NCBI RefSeq assembly: GCF_004010195.1
Contig: NC_057719.1
Span: forward strand, 63,574,602-63,638,601
Direction: 5' to 3'
Length of the DNA stretch: 64,000 bases
DNA from: Chiloscyllium plagiosum
Taxonomy: Eukaryota
Positions within the stretch are counted from its first letter, which is position 1, and the number at the start of each line of letters is the position of its first letter. Below the pieces are notes generated by a model. That model was given only the letters and a program-made list of their open reading frames with translations. It searched no databases and was not told the origin of the DNA. This document shows, piece after piece, positions 37,470 to 51,790 of this stretch. A program made the translations under genes and the position numbers.

Positions 37470-38770
37470 GGATGTGTTGAAACATCCAGGACCTGATCAG
37501 GTGTACCCGAGAACTCTGTGGGAAGCTAAAGAAGTGATTGCTGGGCCTCGTACTGAGATATTTGTATCATCGATAGTCACAGGCGAGGTGCTGGAAGACT
37601 GGAGGTTGGCAAACATGGTGCCACTGTTTAAGAAAGGGTGGTAAAGACAAGCCAGGGAACTATAGACCAGTGAGCCTGACGCCAGTGGAAAGGCAAGGAC
37701 TGATTAGGGATAGTCAGCATGGCTTTGTGCACGGGAAATCATGTCTCACAAACTTGATTGAGTTTTTTGAAGAAATAACAAAGAGGATTGATGAGGGCAG
37801 AGCGGTAGATGTGATCTATATGGACTTCAGTAAGGCTTTCGACAAGGTTCCCCATGGGAGACTGACTAGCAAGATTAGATCGCATGGAATACAGGGAGAA
37901 CGAGCTATTTGGATATGTAACTGGCTCAAAGGTAGAAGACAGAGGGTGGTGTTGGAGGGTTGTTTTCCAGACTGGAGGCCTGTGACCAGTGGAGTGCCGC
38001 AAGGATCATTGCTGGGTCCTCCACTTTTTGTCATTTACATAAATGATTTGGATGCGAGCATAAGAGGTACAGTTAGTAAGTTTGTAGATGACACCAAAAT
38101 TGGAGGTGTAGTGGACAGCGAAGAGGGTTACCTCAGATTACAACAGGATCTTGACCAGATGGACCAATGGGCTGAGAAGTGGCAGATGGAGTTTAATTCA
38201 GATAAATGCGAAGTGCTGCATTTTGGAAAGTTGTTGTGAAACTTGAAAGGGTTCAGAAAAAATTTACAAGAATGTTGCCAGGGTTGGAGGAATTGAGCTA
38301 TAGAGAGAGGCTGAACCGGCTGGGGCTGTTTTCCCTGGAGCGTCGGAGGCTGAGGGGTACCCTTATAGAGGTTTACAAAATTATGAGGGGCATGGATAGG
38401 GTAAATAGGCAAAGTCTTTTTCCTGGCGACAGGGGGGCCAGAACTGGAGGGCATAGGTTTAGGGTGAGAGGGGAAAGATATAAAAGAGACCTAAGGGGCA
38501 ACCTTTTCACACAGAGTGATACGTGTATGGATTGAGCTGTTAGAGGAAGTGGTGGAGGCGGGTACAATTGCATTTGGATGGGTAAATGAATAGGAATGCA
38601 AAAGTGAGGACTGCAGTTGCAGGAAACCAGAGTTTAGATAAGAGTGGTGCTGGTAAAAGGGTTTGTAGGGATATGGGCCGAGTGCTGGTAAGTAGGTCGA
38701 GATTGGGTTGGGATATCTGGTCGGGATGGACCAAAGGGTCTGTTTCCATGCTGTACATCTCTATGACTCT
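37470..38770 (+). mobile_element. CR1 LINE with internal deletions
   Basis: YMDFSKAFDKVPH, GVPQGSLLGP and FVDDTK motifs. Jumps at ~37687 and ~38230. 3' UTR ends tctatgactct. Confidence 0.93.
38598..38658 (-). mobile_element. Tiny PLE terminus inserted in the CR1 3' UTR
   Basis: aaagtgaggactgcag...gagtggtgctgg matches the PLE tails at 11611 and 13485, and interrupts aataggaa|gggttt (intact at 40380-40392). Confidence 0.75.
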
Positions 38771-40323
38771 TAGTCCTGAAATAGCAATACAGACAGAGAG
38801 ATTAAATGTTTCACTCTTCAGTGATGATATTATTAGCCTATCCAGCAGGAAACCAAGAAGGTGAACAATAAAAATGTCCCAGATTGCTTACTTCTGGACA
38901 GTTGATATGCTCTCCATACTTGTTATTTTAATGTCTTCTCTTAAACAGATTGTAAGAGACCTGCTCAAAAAGGGTTTGCAGTTCTAGTCTTGATGATGTC
39001 ATTGTGACTGGATTGCAACTTTATCTTGGATCTAATTGAAAAATTAACTGCAATGTTCCCATCAGAATGAATAGCACTCATAAGGCATTAAACCCAATTT
39101 TGGGCCTCACTAGGAAAGTTTAAGTAATACCCTGGCTGGACACTTCACCATCTCCCCTTGCATGTGCTATCCTCGCAACGTTGTGTGGTAGGGTGAATGC
39201 AGGACTCTTCTACATGATAAAACTGCAAGCCAGCCGGATTTAAATGATGAGGAGTTAAACTACTCCAAGCCTCATTTCTGAAACCTCCATTGAAAACCTG
39301 TCCCAAATTAAAATGGAGCCTAAGCCGTAAATTGTGTTTTTGATAAAATTGATCATGCACAATGGTTTGAAATACTGGAATGAGGGAGAGGATTAACTTG
39401 AATATATTTCATTTATGAATACTCTTAAAAGATCATTTTTTCTCATCACTCATTCTCAAAATAATTTTATGGATTTTTATATTTTAGCACTGGTTTTAAA
39501 AATAATCCCTCAGTCAGGGTGATTATAATATATTTCATAATGACTAAGTTGTAATTTATTTGATAAGTAAATTAAGTTCACAACTCGTAATACTGTTACG
39601 TACAGAGTGTGTGTGTAAGTAAATGTGCAAAAGGATTTTTAAAAAATTAGATGTTTATTTATCTATGTAAGTGTTTCCTTTATTTCACCAGCAATATTTT
39701 TTGGCATATGCTGTATGATTTTTAAATTCCAATCAAATGTGCAGCTGAACGTGCTGTGTTTGGTTTGGCCCATTTTTTTTGTTTATTTTATGACAGAAGG
39801 GAGGTTTATTGGTCAAAATAGCTCCAAAGTCCTCAGCTGTAAAACAGCTGTCTAGATAACAATGATTAGTATGCAGATAACCACTGATTATAAATTTTCA
39901 GAAATACAAGCATTTATAGTTAACGTATCCATATTATGCCAACTTGACACTCATACTGCAGTCAAAGCTAGTTTATTGAATTTATACAAAAGATTTACGT
40001 TACATCCTGTTGTCAGTTTTTGAGAACAAACTTTTAGGCAAAAAGTCAATGTCAACGTATCGATGAGAAATTGTTTGGAGTTAAAAGGTGTGGTATTCCG
40101 TGCGAGTTGCCAATAATGACTGTGATTGCTGGCCGTGGTTCTGAATTCAGCAGGGGACTGCTGTTCTAGCTTTCTATTTCTGACAACTTAAAGGAGATAA
40201 GAGAAATTCTGGAAAAGACTCACTAGATTGTTTGTGTAATCCTGCTCTCAAAGCTAGTGTGAATAATGTGAAATATTAAGGATTTTTGCCAAAAGTCAGA
40301 GTTGACTTGTACACAAGATTGAT

Positions 40324-40513
40324 TAGTGATGGAGGCTGGTACAATTGCAACATTTAAAAGGCATTTGGATGGGTATATGAATAGGAAGGGTTTGGAGGGA
40401 TATGGGCCGGGTACTGCAGGTGGGAATAAATTCGGTTGGGATATCTGGTCATTGTGGACAGGTTGGACCGAAGTGCCTGTTTCCATGCTGAACATCTCCA
40501 TAACTCTATGACT
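40324..40513 (+). mobile_element. CR1 3' tail fragment
   Basis: Matches 38545-38770. Confidence 0.85.
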
Positions 40514-41029
40514 ATATATGATGTTCAGCATGAGGTATAATGAGAAAGTATCACTTGGAAATATGAAGAATGCAAAATATTGTGTTCCTGCCATTCGCCT
40601 ACCACAAATATTGCTTACCAACACTTAAATGGGAAGGCACTTTATCAGAAGGGCATCCATTGATTGCAAACCAGCTGAATGCTGGCTGACTTTTCTCAGA
40701 AAACTTGTGAACCTTTGAGAGTTAAAATTTATTTTGAATTGAATACACTATTTTGCATTCAGTTAAGTAACATATGGATATTGTGATATTGTTCTACAAA
40801 CTTACCCAGTTAGCCAAGCTCCACTGATAATTTTAACCAGTTGTTACCTAAATCACATTGACCAAGGTGGTGCCTGGCACAGATCCCAGTCAGTGCTAAT
40901 GTGATGAGCTGATCAGTATTGGTTCTTGGTAGAGCCAGTTCAGATGGCTTTCGTGCTTGCGGATTCAGGAGGTGTTCACTCCCAACTATCTGCATTCTTG
41001 TGGCAGTTAGGTTTATGTGAATTTTCTTC

Positions 41030-43020
41030 ACGTGTGTTCACAGGATGTTAGAGTTGCTGACAAGAACAGCATTTGTTGACCATCTTTAATTGCCTTTTGA
41101 GAAGCTAGTGATGAACTGTCTTCTTGAATCAGTATAATCCATGTGGTGTAGGTACTTCCACAGTGCTGATAAAGAGAGAGTTCCAGGTTTTTACCTAGTG
41201 ACAATGCGTGAGTAGTGATATACTTCCAAGTCAGGACACTGGGCAAAGAGGAATTCTCAAGAGGTGATGTTCCCGTTTATCTGCCACTCTTGTTGATCCT
41301 GGGTTTGGAAGATATTGCAGAAGGATCTTTGCTGGGTTGCTGAAATGCACCTTGCATATAGTACACACTGCTGCCACTGCACAGCTTCCAAAGGGGATAA
41401 GGGCTTAAGGTATTTGATGAGATGCCAGTCAATAGAGTTATTTGATAACATAATTCCAATACTGTTTTGTCTTGAATGCTGTTGGCCTACTTGAGTGATT
41501 TTGGAGCTAATTCCAATACTGTTTTGTCTTGAATGCTGTTGGCCTACTTGAGTGATGTTGGAGCTGCACACATCCAGTCAATGACTTCCTTAATTATATC
41601 TTGGCGATAAGGGTGAGGTTTTGTACAGCCATGGGGTGAGTAACTCACTACAGAATTCCCAGTTTCCAACTTGTTCTCGTCGACCAGTATTCGTATGACT
41701 GGTTCAGTTAACTTCCTGGGCAAGTTTAATCCTCAACTCCATCTCTCCACCAACTGACCCCCAACCACAGTGTGTTAATGATTACAAATTCATCAATGTT
41801 AATGTCTAGCGGAGGTGGTTAGGTTGTTGTTTTTTGCTGATAGGACCTGTGTGTGCAAATGTTACTTGGCACTTTTTCAGGTCCTGCTGCTAATGGGCAT
41901 GGCGTACTTTTTATCTGAGGAGTGATGAATAGTGCAGAATATTTGGAAATAATCTGAGAATTTATGACATTATAATGGAGGAAAAGTCAATTTTGAAGCA
42001 GCTGAAGAACGTCCTGCAGCAATGTCCCAAAACTAAAGTGATTGAATTCCAACAATTATGACCATCTTCCCTTGTGCCTTTACTCTCTGGTTCCCATTTT
42101 GCTAAAGCTCCTTGGTATCAAACTCAATCAAATGTTGCTTGATGTAAAGAGCAGCTAGTCTCACATGACTTGTAGAGGTCAACTCTTTTGTCCATGTTTA
42201 GAATGTTTCTATATCCCTCAACTATACTTGACACCATGTGGGAGAAGCATTTAAAGATTGGGATTTGTGGTGTTGAAGATGTAAAAAGGCAGCAGAGACA
42301 ATTCGTCCTCTCAAGACTTCTGACTGAATATGATTACGAATGTTTCAGCCTTGGTTTTCATATTGGCATTCTCAGCGTTTGCATCACTTAGGATTGTGTG
42401 GACATTTGTGGAACTTTCCCTTCCAGTTTATTGCTTAAATATCCAACAGCAGTCATTCATGACCGGATATGATAGGACTGTCAAGCTTTGATCTGATCCT
42501 TTGTTTTTGGGTTGCTTAGCTTAGTCTATTGCACTCTGCCTCTGCTTTTTAATATGCACTGAGTCCTCTGTTGTAATTTCACTTGGTTTGTTTCTTTTCT
42601 TTCAGAATGCCAGGTGCTGCTCCTGGCGTACATTCTTATTCAAACAAATGTTGATCCCTAAGCTTGATGGTAATTGTTGAATGAGGGAAATGCCAAGTCG
42701 TGAGATTACGGATTATGGTGAAGTATCATTCTGCTGCCGCTAATGCTCCACAATGCTTCATGGATTCCCAGTGTGAGCTACGAGATGTGTTCTAAGTCTG
42801 CCCAGTTTAGAACCATTATCGTAATATACAACACAATGGAGGATATCCTCAATGTGAAGACAGGATTTCATTTCCGCAAGTACAGTTGCCACTCCTACCA
42901 ATACAGACATGGACTGATTGTATGCCTGTTGTTGGTTTGCATGCACCTGTCACAGATCCAGTCTGCCAGACTTGAGAGAGGATTAACATATGCTCTCAAC
43001 ATTCCTACCAGTTCCCAGTG
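41030..43020 (-). mobile_element. Old CR1/L2-group LINE (family B)
   Basis: Reverse-complement similarity to 55480-56960 and 48800-49800. Confidence 0.65.
41451..41564 (+). repeat. 57-bp tandem duplication
   Basis: 41451-41507 and 41508-41564, one mismatch. Confidence 0.92.
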
Positions 43021-43199
43021 AGGCTTGGAGACTAACAGTCAGTACAGATGCTTTTGGCAACAAAAATAGAAATTGTTGGAAAAGCTCAGCAGGTCTTGCA
43101 GCATCTGTGGAGAGAAATCAGAATTAACATTTCAGGTCAAGTGACGCTTTAATTTAAAAATTTGCAAATGACAAGGAACTTGAAAATATTATTGAACTT

Positions 43200-43910
43200 T
43201 GAAAAGGCTATTGGTAAACCTCAAAGGACATATACAGGCAACTGGATTGAGCAAATATGTGATGGATTAAATTTTATACAAAGAATTGTAAAGTAATGCA
43301 TTTTGGTAGAAAGAATGAGTAAAGGTAATATACATTGAGGGATGCTATTCTAGCTGAGAGCTAGGACAGCAGAGATTTTCCAGAGTAGAAGTGCACAGAT
43401 CATTGAAAGTGGCATTGAGAAAGTGATTTTAAAATATATAAAAGCGATCCCAGGCTTTAGAAATTAGAGCGAAGAGTATGAAAGCAAGGATGTTATGGGC
43501 ATTGACAGGGTGTCGGAAAGATATACTAGAATGTTTCCAAGGGCGATGCATTTCATTTAGACTGCAAATAGTTCAGACAAGCTGAGATTCACATCAGAGA
43601 AACGAAGGCTAAAAGGAGATTTCATAGAGGTCTTCACATTACAAGGGGTCTGTACAAAACGTGGTGAAGAAACTATTCCCAGTTTTGGAAAGGTCCAGAT
43701 GAAAGGACCCAGATTCAAAATTTGATAAAGAAACAAAGATGTCATGCGGAGAAAATCTTTTTATGCAATGGTTATTTATAATCTGGAATGCACTGCCTGA
43801 AAGTGAGATGGTGGTGGATTCAGTTGTGGTATTCAAAGGGGATTTGGACTATAAGGAAAAGATTTGCAGAGCTGTGCAGAAAGGATGGATTGAAACTCAC
43901 TGAACTGGCA
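43200..43910 (+). mobile_element. Old CR1 3' region
   Basis: Remnants of CKVMHFG, KRRLKGDFIEVF and WNALPE. Confidence 0.7.
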
Positions 43911-46900
43911 CAGATGTCAAATGACAAATATCTATCTTCTTTTTATGATTTTTTTTTTGTCTTTTAGGATTCAGTCACCTGCCACTGAGCCACTGTTTGT
44001 GATGGTCATTGAAATCCCCAACCATCATCTATGCCCTTTACACCCTGACTGCATCTCCCAAGTGATATCTGTTGTGGTTACTTCTAATGGTCAACCATGG
44101 GAGTCTTAAATACAGGATTTCAATTATTTATTCATTAGTATACTGGAAAAGAGTGTATTCTTGAGTGACTTAAATGAAAATACCACAACACAAGAAATTG
44201 GTCAATTTGAACATCTTTAGTCACATTTGCAAATCTTGTCAGTATACGCAATAAACAGATGTCTGTGACACTTGGTATATATTTGTTCACCCAGATGGAG
44301 ATCGCTTTATTATATCCTAGCCTGATATATTTTGCTTCAACTCTTATCTGTTTACTCTCTTCAACCTCATTGTCATCTAATGAGTTAATCATTTTTAGGC
44401 CTTTCTAGAAGGTTCCTGTTGTTCTTAGCCTTTATTATGTGCAAAGTTCACCTGGCGAAGTCCACTCTTTTAACTTTATTGTGAACATACAAATCGCTGT
44501 TTAGCCCTTAAAAGCTAATTCACTTTTCCACATCAATGTGGAGGAGTACTGACACATCTGCTGAGACAGGGCAAGAAAATAATATCAACAGAGGATTTCC
44601 CTACCCAAGTTTGACCTGATGCTATTGAACTTCTTGAAGTCTTGGTCCATGTTGAAGATTCCCAAAGACACTCCATCATGACTGTTTACTATGTGTTATC
44701 ATCAATTGTAATTCTGTCCTACCGGTGGGACAGGACATACTCAACAATGGTGATGGAGATTCCTGGCACAGTGGGTGTAAGATACAATTTAGTAAGTTAC
44801 ACTATTGCATGAATTGCACGACTAGTTCCTTGGACAGCTTTCCCACTTTTGGCACAAAGTTCTCAAAATACAGTGAGAAGGATTTTGGGAAATCACTAGG
44901 CTGGGTGTGCCTTCATCATTTCCCAGTACCTAGATCGAGGTCTAGTGATCCACCAATTTTATTACTGAACAGAGTACCTCACACAAATAAAAGAAGTAAA
45001 CATTTTGATGTAACTTTTTTTAAGTTTATAAATGATTCATCCCTAACCTTTGTAAGAGTTTGGGTTCAGAAGCAACAGAGACTTAAAATAGATGGTAAAT
45101 TGACCATGAGCAATTTTATGATTATTTATGAAGAAGCAGGATTAGGTATGCTGCATTAACTAAATAGACAGGAAAGACATACAACCAGAGGACAGTGAGC
45201 ACATAGTGTGTTGATAATAGTGCTTTGTGATGGCAGCACACTGCTCTCTAGCAAAGTGCAAGGGTACTCTACTCTCAGTCTTACTCTTTCACGGTCCATC
45301 CTCCATTTGAAAGAAGGAGCTGCCTGACAAGATCATTTATGTGTTTTGATTACCAGGGGCTGGTGATTCACCCTGTATCAGGCACATGCTTAAATGTTCA
45401 TAACCAACAAATCTTTGGCAAGTACCCAAGATGCCAGGATGGTCACATCAGGAAGTGTCCGAAATGTTCAGTCTGATTTCTCTCCACAGATGCTGCCAGA
45501 TCACCTGAGCTTTTACAGCAACTTCTGGTTTTGTTTCTGATTTATAGCATCAGCAGTTCTTTCGGTTAATATTACCTACTTCACTATTGATCATTGAGAC
45601 CACTTACTTAACTGTGGTATAAATGAAAGCTCCCTATTTATTTTTGCACGAGTCTTCTCTTTATAAAAAAATTTTGTCTCAGATTTCTCACTTAGTTTGC
45701 AGGCTCCGAAGCACTTAGTGTATTGTTCATCAAAGATTGTCCATGACTGATACATGTCCTTAACTCTTGTCTGGTTTCTTACTTATTGGAGCAAATGATG
45801 GTTTTCTGTACTTGGCTGATGTGTTAATAATGGTGGCAGAGCTGTTGTTCTGTATATGCATGCTGCTGTATGAAAACAATACAGTTACACAGTTTAGACT
45901 TTAACTAATGTTAACGGAAAAATTGTACTGTCAGTTCACTCTGATCTTTCTTGCACACGTTCCCATTAATTAGGCTTTGAAACCTAAGTGCTCTGATTTT
46001 AGCCAAATGGGTGGTTGTTCTTATGGGAATATTTCAAATGCACTGATCACGTTTTTTTTCCTTTAGTGGCTCTGACATTCTTGTCTACATGATGTGAGTT
46101 GATATATGAAACACAAACTTTGTCCTCAAACTGCAAGTAACCAAACTTCAAATGAATATAATAAACAAGTAGCCATTACCTCAGAGTTTGGCTAATAATC
46201 ATATCTAAAGCAATTATTCCTCCTCAATTACCCCAAATAAGCTAATTGTTGAGGAGGCTTTTCATTCAAAAGAGAAGTATTTTCCTCGCATATGGCTTGT
46301 TGCTCCTTTCAATCTACATTGTCCCTTAGAAATATAATTCTTGAAATCCACTGTATTTGGGGTAAATGTAGTTATGAGTCTTTAGTTCTTTGTAGTTACT
46401 AGACCCTTTGGATGTAAGGCTGTGTTATGATGCATTTCTGCGTTATGGGATTGTTGTTGACTTTCATGCTAACTATTGTACTGTACTGCATGATAAACTT
46501 AGTGCTGAAAAGATCTTGGCTTTCATTTAGGGTAAGCAGATACTTATCAGGCCTGTCAGAAATAAGTGCATAAACAGAAGGAAAGACTTGCACAGACTTA
46601 ATAATCCTTTGCTGTCTGCTTCACACTTTAATGTGGGCATTTTGGAGACCTTTTTATTCAATGACTCAGTGTTCTGTGATCTTGCTTTCACATTGTATAA
46701 TTTTTTCCATTTAATTAGCTAAAACTGCTTAATATAAAGCATAGCAAGAAAATATTGTACATGGTACTACATGTGATGGTGTTTTATTGGTGAAGTACAT
46801 ACACAATTCTGCTTTAGCAATACCTCTCAGAATATTATTAAACAGGTCAATTGACTTCAATATTCACATGCTAATAAAGTGAGAACCTACTTTTCAATAA

Positions 46901-47846
46901 CAATTAATTGTATATTTTAATGCATTATAGACAATACAAACAGCCTGTATGTAAAACTGTTGTCATGACCACAAGTTAGAATTCCAAAGTGCTGTGGATA
47001 TTTTTGATTTTATTCCAAAGTGTGTTTTTTTCACAAAGGTGACTGCTATTGAGGAATGATAACCACAATGTAAAAACTACTGTGTGGCACCAGTGAGATG
47101 TAACATGTAAAGATATCAAAGAAACCTGAAACAGCGTGGACTATAATCTCTGTGACTACAAACATGAGAGGTTGACAACCCCTGCTCAACAGAAAACCAA
47201 GCCCTTTGTTTTGTGCCTTTTTTTCCCCTGGAATAATATGCAAGGACAGGTGTTAAATAGTCAGGTTCACCTCCACTGGAGTTGGGGATGAAAACTTTTA
47301 AGTGTACTAGCCTGGGTTCGAATATTAGTGAACTATGATGTCCATGGTAGAAGGACCGACCCTTGTTACCCCTTTGTTGCAACTAAAGACTCTCTCACTC
47401 CTTGTGCTGCTGCATTTGAGACATAACACTGTGGATGTATTTTCAGTATACTGACTGCAACAGATCAGGAGGCAGTACTCCACTGTCTTTTCAAGGACAA
47501 TTAAAGATTGACAGTAAATGCTAGTTTTACTAGTGATGCCTATATCCTGTGGCGTTATTTTTTAAAAGTTAGATAAAGGCCATTGGCTGATACCCTTGGC
47601 ATCAGATTCAGTGACAGGAGGAAGGAATTGTAACACCAGTTTTTATTTATTTACTGTGAACAACTAGTATTCTGGATTTTGTCTAGTCATGCAGTTAATC
47701 AGTACTGCTTTGCAAGTACTATTATATATCTGGAACCAAATTGTGCATATGTGTCATTTTTTTTATTGTGGAGTAGCATTAAAACTTGCAGTTACTTTAC
47801 ATTGGCAAGATGCAAGCATTTCTTCAATGTAAACTTCAGCATTGTT

Positions 47847-47968
47847 GATGTGGAGGTGCCAGTGTTGGACTGGGGTGGACAAAGTTAAAAATCACACAAC
47901 ACCAGGTTATGGTCCAACAGGTTTATTTGGAAGTACTAGCTTTTGAAGTGCTGCTCCTTCATCAGGTA
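47847..47968 (-). mobile_element. PLE pseudo-LTR plus tail (family of 9234-10636)
   Basis: Reverse complement of 10511-10633 with a degenerate hammerhead. Confidence 0.85.
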
Positions 47969-48379
47969 ATTAGATTTTCCTTGAGGCCAGTATTTGCACA
48001 GGAGATCTGTAAGTTCAGTTGCTTGATGCACTTGTACTATTGAAGTGTCACCATTCCCATGCAGAAGTAATTTTGCAGCAGTATTGTTTTTGATAGTTTT
48101 ATTTCATGAGTTCCAACGTTTTGATCCATTTGCCATAAACCCAAAGTCCTATTTGGTGTGAAAGCATACAGAGAAACTGAATGCTTCAATAGTTAATTAA
48201 GTGTGTACAGTACTTATTTCTGATGTACTGTGAGAAGAATACCTGAATTAATACTTCACCAAAGGGAGAGTGGGAAGCAAGCCAAGGGATAATTTGGGAA
48301 AAAAAATGAATTACATAAATGTGAATGAGTTTTCAGCAGAAATTGGCAGATGTTGGCAGAAACAAATAATGTATAATTA

Positions 48380-50230
48380 GAGGGTGCAGCAGTCTAGTGG
48401 TTAGGTCCAGAGACTTGGATTTCCAACTGGGGCATATGTTTGAATCCCACCATGAATTTGAAATCAGTTGATAAATAAATATAAGAAATGAAAATCCATT
48501 ATCAGTAATGATAAAAAATATGTGGTACTGTAAATCATAAAGCTATTGGATTTTTGTTTTTAAAAAATAACCCAAATGGTATACTCATTTCTTTTAAGGA
48601 AGGAAGATGGATTAGCAACAAATTGGTTGATGAGGACAAGAGAACAAAGTAGGATGTTCTTAAATAGTCTGGCCAAGATGTGACTCCTGACCCACAGAAA
48701 TGTGGTTGACCTTGAATTGCCCTCAGAAGTAACTTAACAAGCTATTTGATTGGGTCAAGCCACTGCAGAGAAGAATATGAGTCAAGCCAAATGGGCTGGC
48801 CTGCATTGTGCAAAGCATCAAAATGGGACATGACAAAGGCACACCACACCCAATTTACCCTGCTACGTCATCCTCACTAAAGCCAAAGAACTTGCACCAA
48901 ATTTGGAAGCACCCACTCTTTCATACTGACAGAATCATACTTATCAACACTAACATCCAGGCTTTTCCATCACAGTCCCACACCAGAGTATGCAGTGGTA
49001 CACTGTCAGGAAGGAGTGGGTATTGTAATCTTCAGTATCAAGTCCATACATAGTTTCATGTCATTAGGTCCATAGGCAAATAAACTTTGTGTTAATTAGC
49101 ACTCTGCTTCCCTTAGCTATTGAATCAGTGCCACTCCATGTTGAACACTACTTCATAGAATCCCTATAGCATGGAAACAGGCCCTTCGACCCAATACGTC
49201 AGCACTGACCTTCTGAGGAGTATCCCACCCAAACCCATTCCCCATTACACTACATTTACCCCTAACCTACACATCCCCGAACACTATGGGCAATTTAGCT
49301 TGGCCAGTTCACCTCACCTGCACATCTTTGGATGTGAGAGGAAACCAGAGCACCCAAAGGAAACCCACGCAGTCATGGGGAGAATGAGCAAACTCCACAC
49401 AGAAAGTCACCGCGGCTGAAATCGAACCCAGGTCCCTGGTGCTGTGGGGCCACAGTGCTAACCACTGTGCCACCCACTTAATGAAATATTGATTACAGCA
49501 AAAGTGCAGAATGAGTGATTCGTTGCCACCATTAATGACTGAGTTTGCTGAGTCCTAAAGAGGAACTTTCTGCTACATTAGGCTTGCTATAGAAGTGAGG
49601 GAAGCAATATGAGAGGAAACACTTCACACCTTGACCTCACCAACCTTCCTGTTGCAAATGTTTCTATCCATGACAGTCTTCCATTTTTATATTGTCAAAC
49701 CACTAATCGTATTGTGTGGCACTACCCTGCTCTGGTGAGGGATTCAGAATAGATCTAGCACCTAAAACCTCAGGATCCATCAACAGCAGCAGAACTGCAT
49801 TCAACTACAATCCAAAATCTCATAGAATAACACGTCACACCCTACCATCAAGAAAATAACTATCCCTGATTCAGTGAGATGTATAGAAGAGTATGTCAGG
49901 ATAACGACCACATGTGTCTGAAAACTGGATGCCCAATTGGTGAAACTATGAGACAGAAATAAGAGTGTGCATAACAGTGGAAGTAGTATGACAGCTACAC
50001 ATCTCTACAATGTCACAATTAAGAGATTTCAAAACTCTGCAGTCCTTTCACATCCAACCATGAACAGTGAACAGTTATTGGAAGGAGGATATTCGATGAA
50101 CATCCTTATCAATGAATTAACCCAGCACAGCCAGACGAAAAACAAGTCTGAAACATTTGCAATCGGAAGTGCTGGGGAATTGATTCACCTGAGCCTCCTC
50201 CTGAGGCCCCATCACAGGTCATTGGATATT
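48380..50230 (+). mobile_element. tRNA-like head followed by degraded family-B LINE sequence, interrupted by HE1
   Basis: A/B-box-like head at 48385-48450 and similarity to the reverse complement of 42300-43000. Confidence 0.45.
49154..49476 (-). mobile_element. HE1-type V-SINE
   Basis: Reverse complement of an 8178-8509-like sequence. Confidence 0.88.
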
Positions 50231-50869
50231 CACCTCACTGTTTGTCTCATTATAACTTGCCAAAAGTAAGAAACATAATTTTGTGATAGAATGGCAATAG
50301 TTAGATTCCTTTTGAAATATCATAAAATTGGTCAAACACATCATTTTGGTTACATTTTGTGTGTCATATTGCATGAGGTCACTTAAGGTCTGACAGGAAA
50401 TAATTAATTTTGAACTTGAGCATTGTTGATCAATGCTTTCAAAATGTGTAAAGTAGTAAATTCATCTTGACAAGAACAGTTGTAAAGCAACTAGTGTTTC
50501 AATATGTTGCACACCTAAGGTAAAATGGTGCTTATCTAAATGGTCTTTGACAGCTTACGTTTTGTTAAAATTACCTCAAAATAATCACAACAGAGTAATC
50601 TAACTGAAAGTGATTTTTATGGCAGTATAAACCAGATGAGCAGTATATAACTGTTATGTGAAGTTTTCACTTCAGTGACAGACCTAAGAACACGCCCTGA
50701 TATGTGTACTGTTTCAGCGTAGCATTTTCTGGTTTTGGTGTACTTTTCTGATGATAACTGCTGCTTTGTCCTTGACAAAGGATAGAATCATAATAACAAA
50801 AATGTATAGTAAAATAAAGTGGTGATATTTTAAATTTGAGAAGGTTGAAGTGATTGTATTTGGATGCCA

Positions 50870-51790
50870 CCACAAACTGAATTCCCTGTTCCCTGCCTCC
50901 ATCTCACATAATAGTCTTAGACTCAGCAAGACCATTTGCAACCTGAGTGTTGTGTTTGACAATGGGTTGAGATTCTGCACCAGTGCCAAGATTGCTTGCT
51001 TCGACCTCTGCAACATTTCTCAGCTCTAACCCTGCCTCAGCTCATCTACTCAAACCCTTCACCATGTATTATCTCTAAGCTTGTCGAGCCCACTGGTCTC
51101 CATGTTGACTCACATCTTCTACCCTGCATAAACTTGTGCCTGTCCAAAATGCTGTGCTAATATCGCAACGCTTAAAGTCTCATTTTGCCATCAACAATTT
51201 TCTTTCTAAGCAATTTGCTTAGGTTGTGTACAGCTCTTTTAAAATACTGTGCACTAGCAGCCTCCAAATATATTCAAGGCGCCACAGACTGAAACAAATT
51301 ACCTGCATACTTCAGATAAAATTAAAGGTTATGTTGCTCGTCACCTCTCTGCTCATTGAGCTTCACTGCCTATTCATCTAAAAAAGCCTCAATTTTAAAA
51401 TCTTCCTTTGTGTTTTCAAATCTTTCCATGGCTTTTTCACCCTCTTCTTTCACCCCCGTCCCTCTCAACCTCCGCCACCCCCACTTCCTCCCCAATCTCC
51501 TCTGTAATCTTCCCAGAGTCATAATCACACAAGATCCCTGCAATCTCTCAATTCTCATCCCTTGTGCATTCCTGCATTTAGTCACTTCACCATAGGCAGC
51601 CATGTTTACAACTGTCAAGACATGAAATTAAACTTCCGCTTTTCTCTAACTCACTTTGTTCCTTTGAGAAATTCCTAAAATGTACTTTTTATCAAGCTCT
51701 CAGTCATTTTTCTTCATTTCTTCTTTGGGCCACTGTCAATCACTGTCATAAATAATGTGACTCTGCATTGGGACATTTTATTAAACAAAA
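50870..51790 (+). mobile_element. Degraded L2 LINE 3' region
   Basis: Remnants of NLSVVFD, LCNISQL.PCLS and LNFKIFLCVFKSFHG. Confidence 0.6.
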
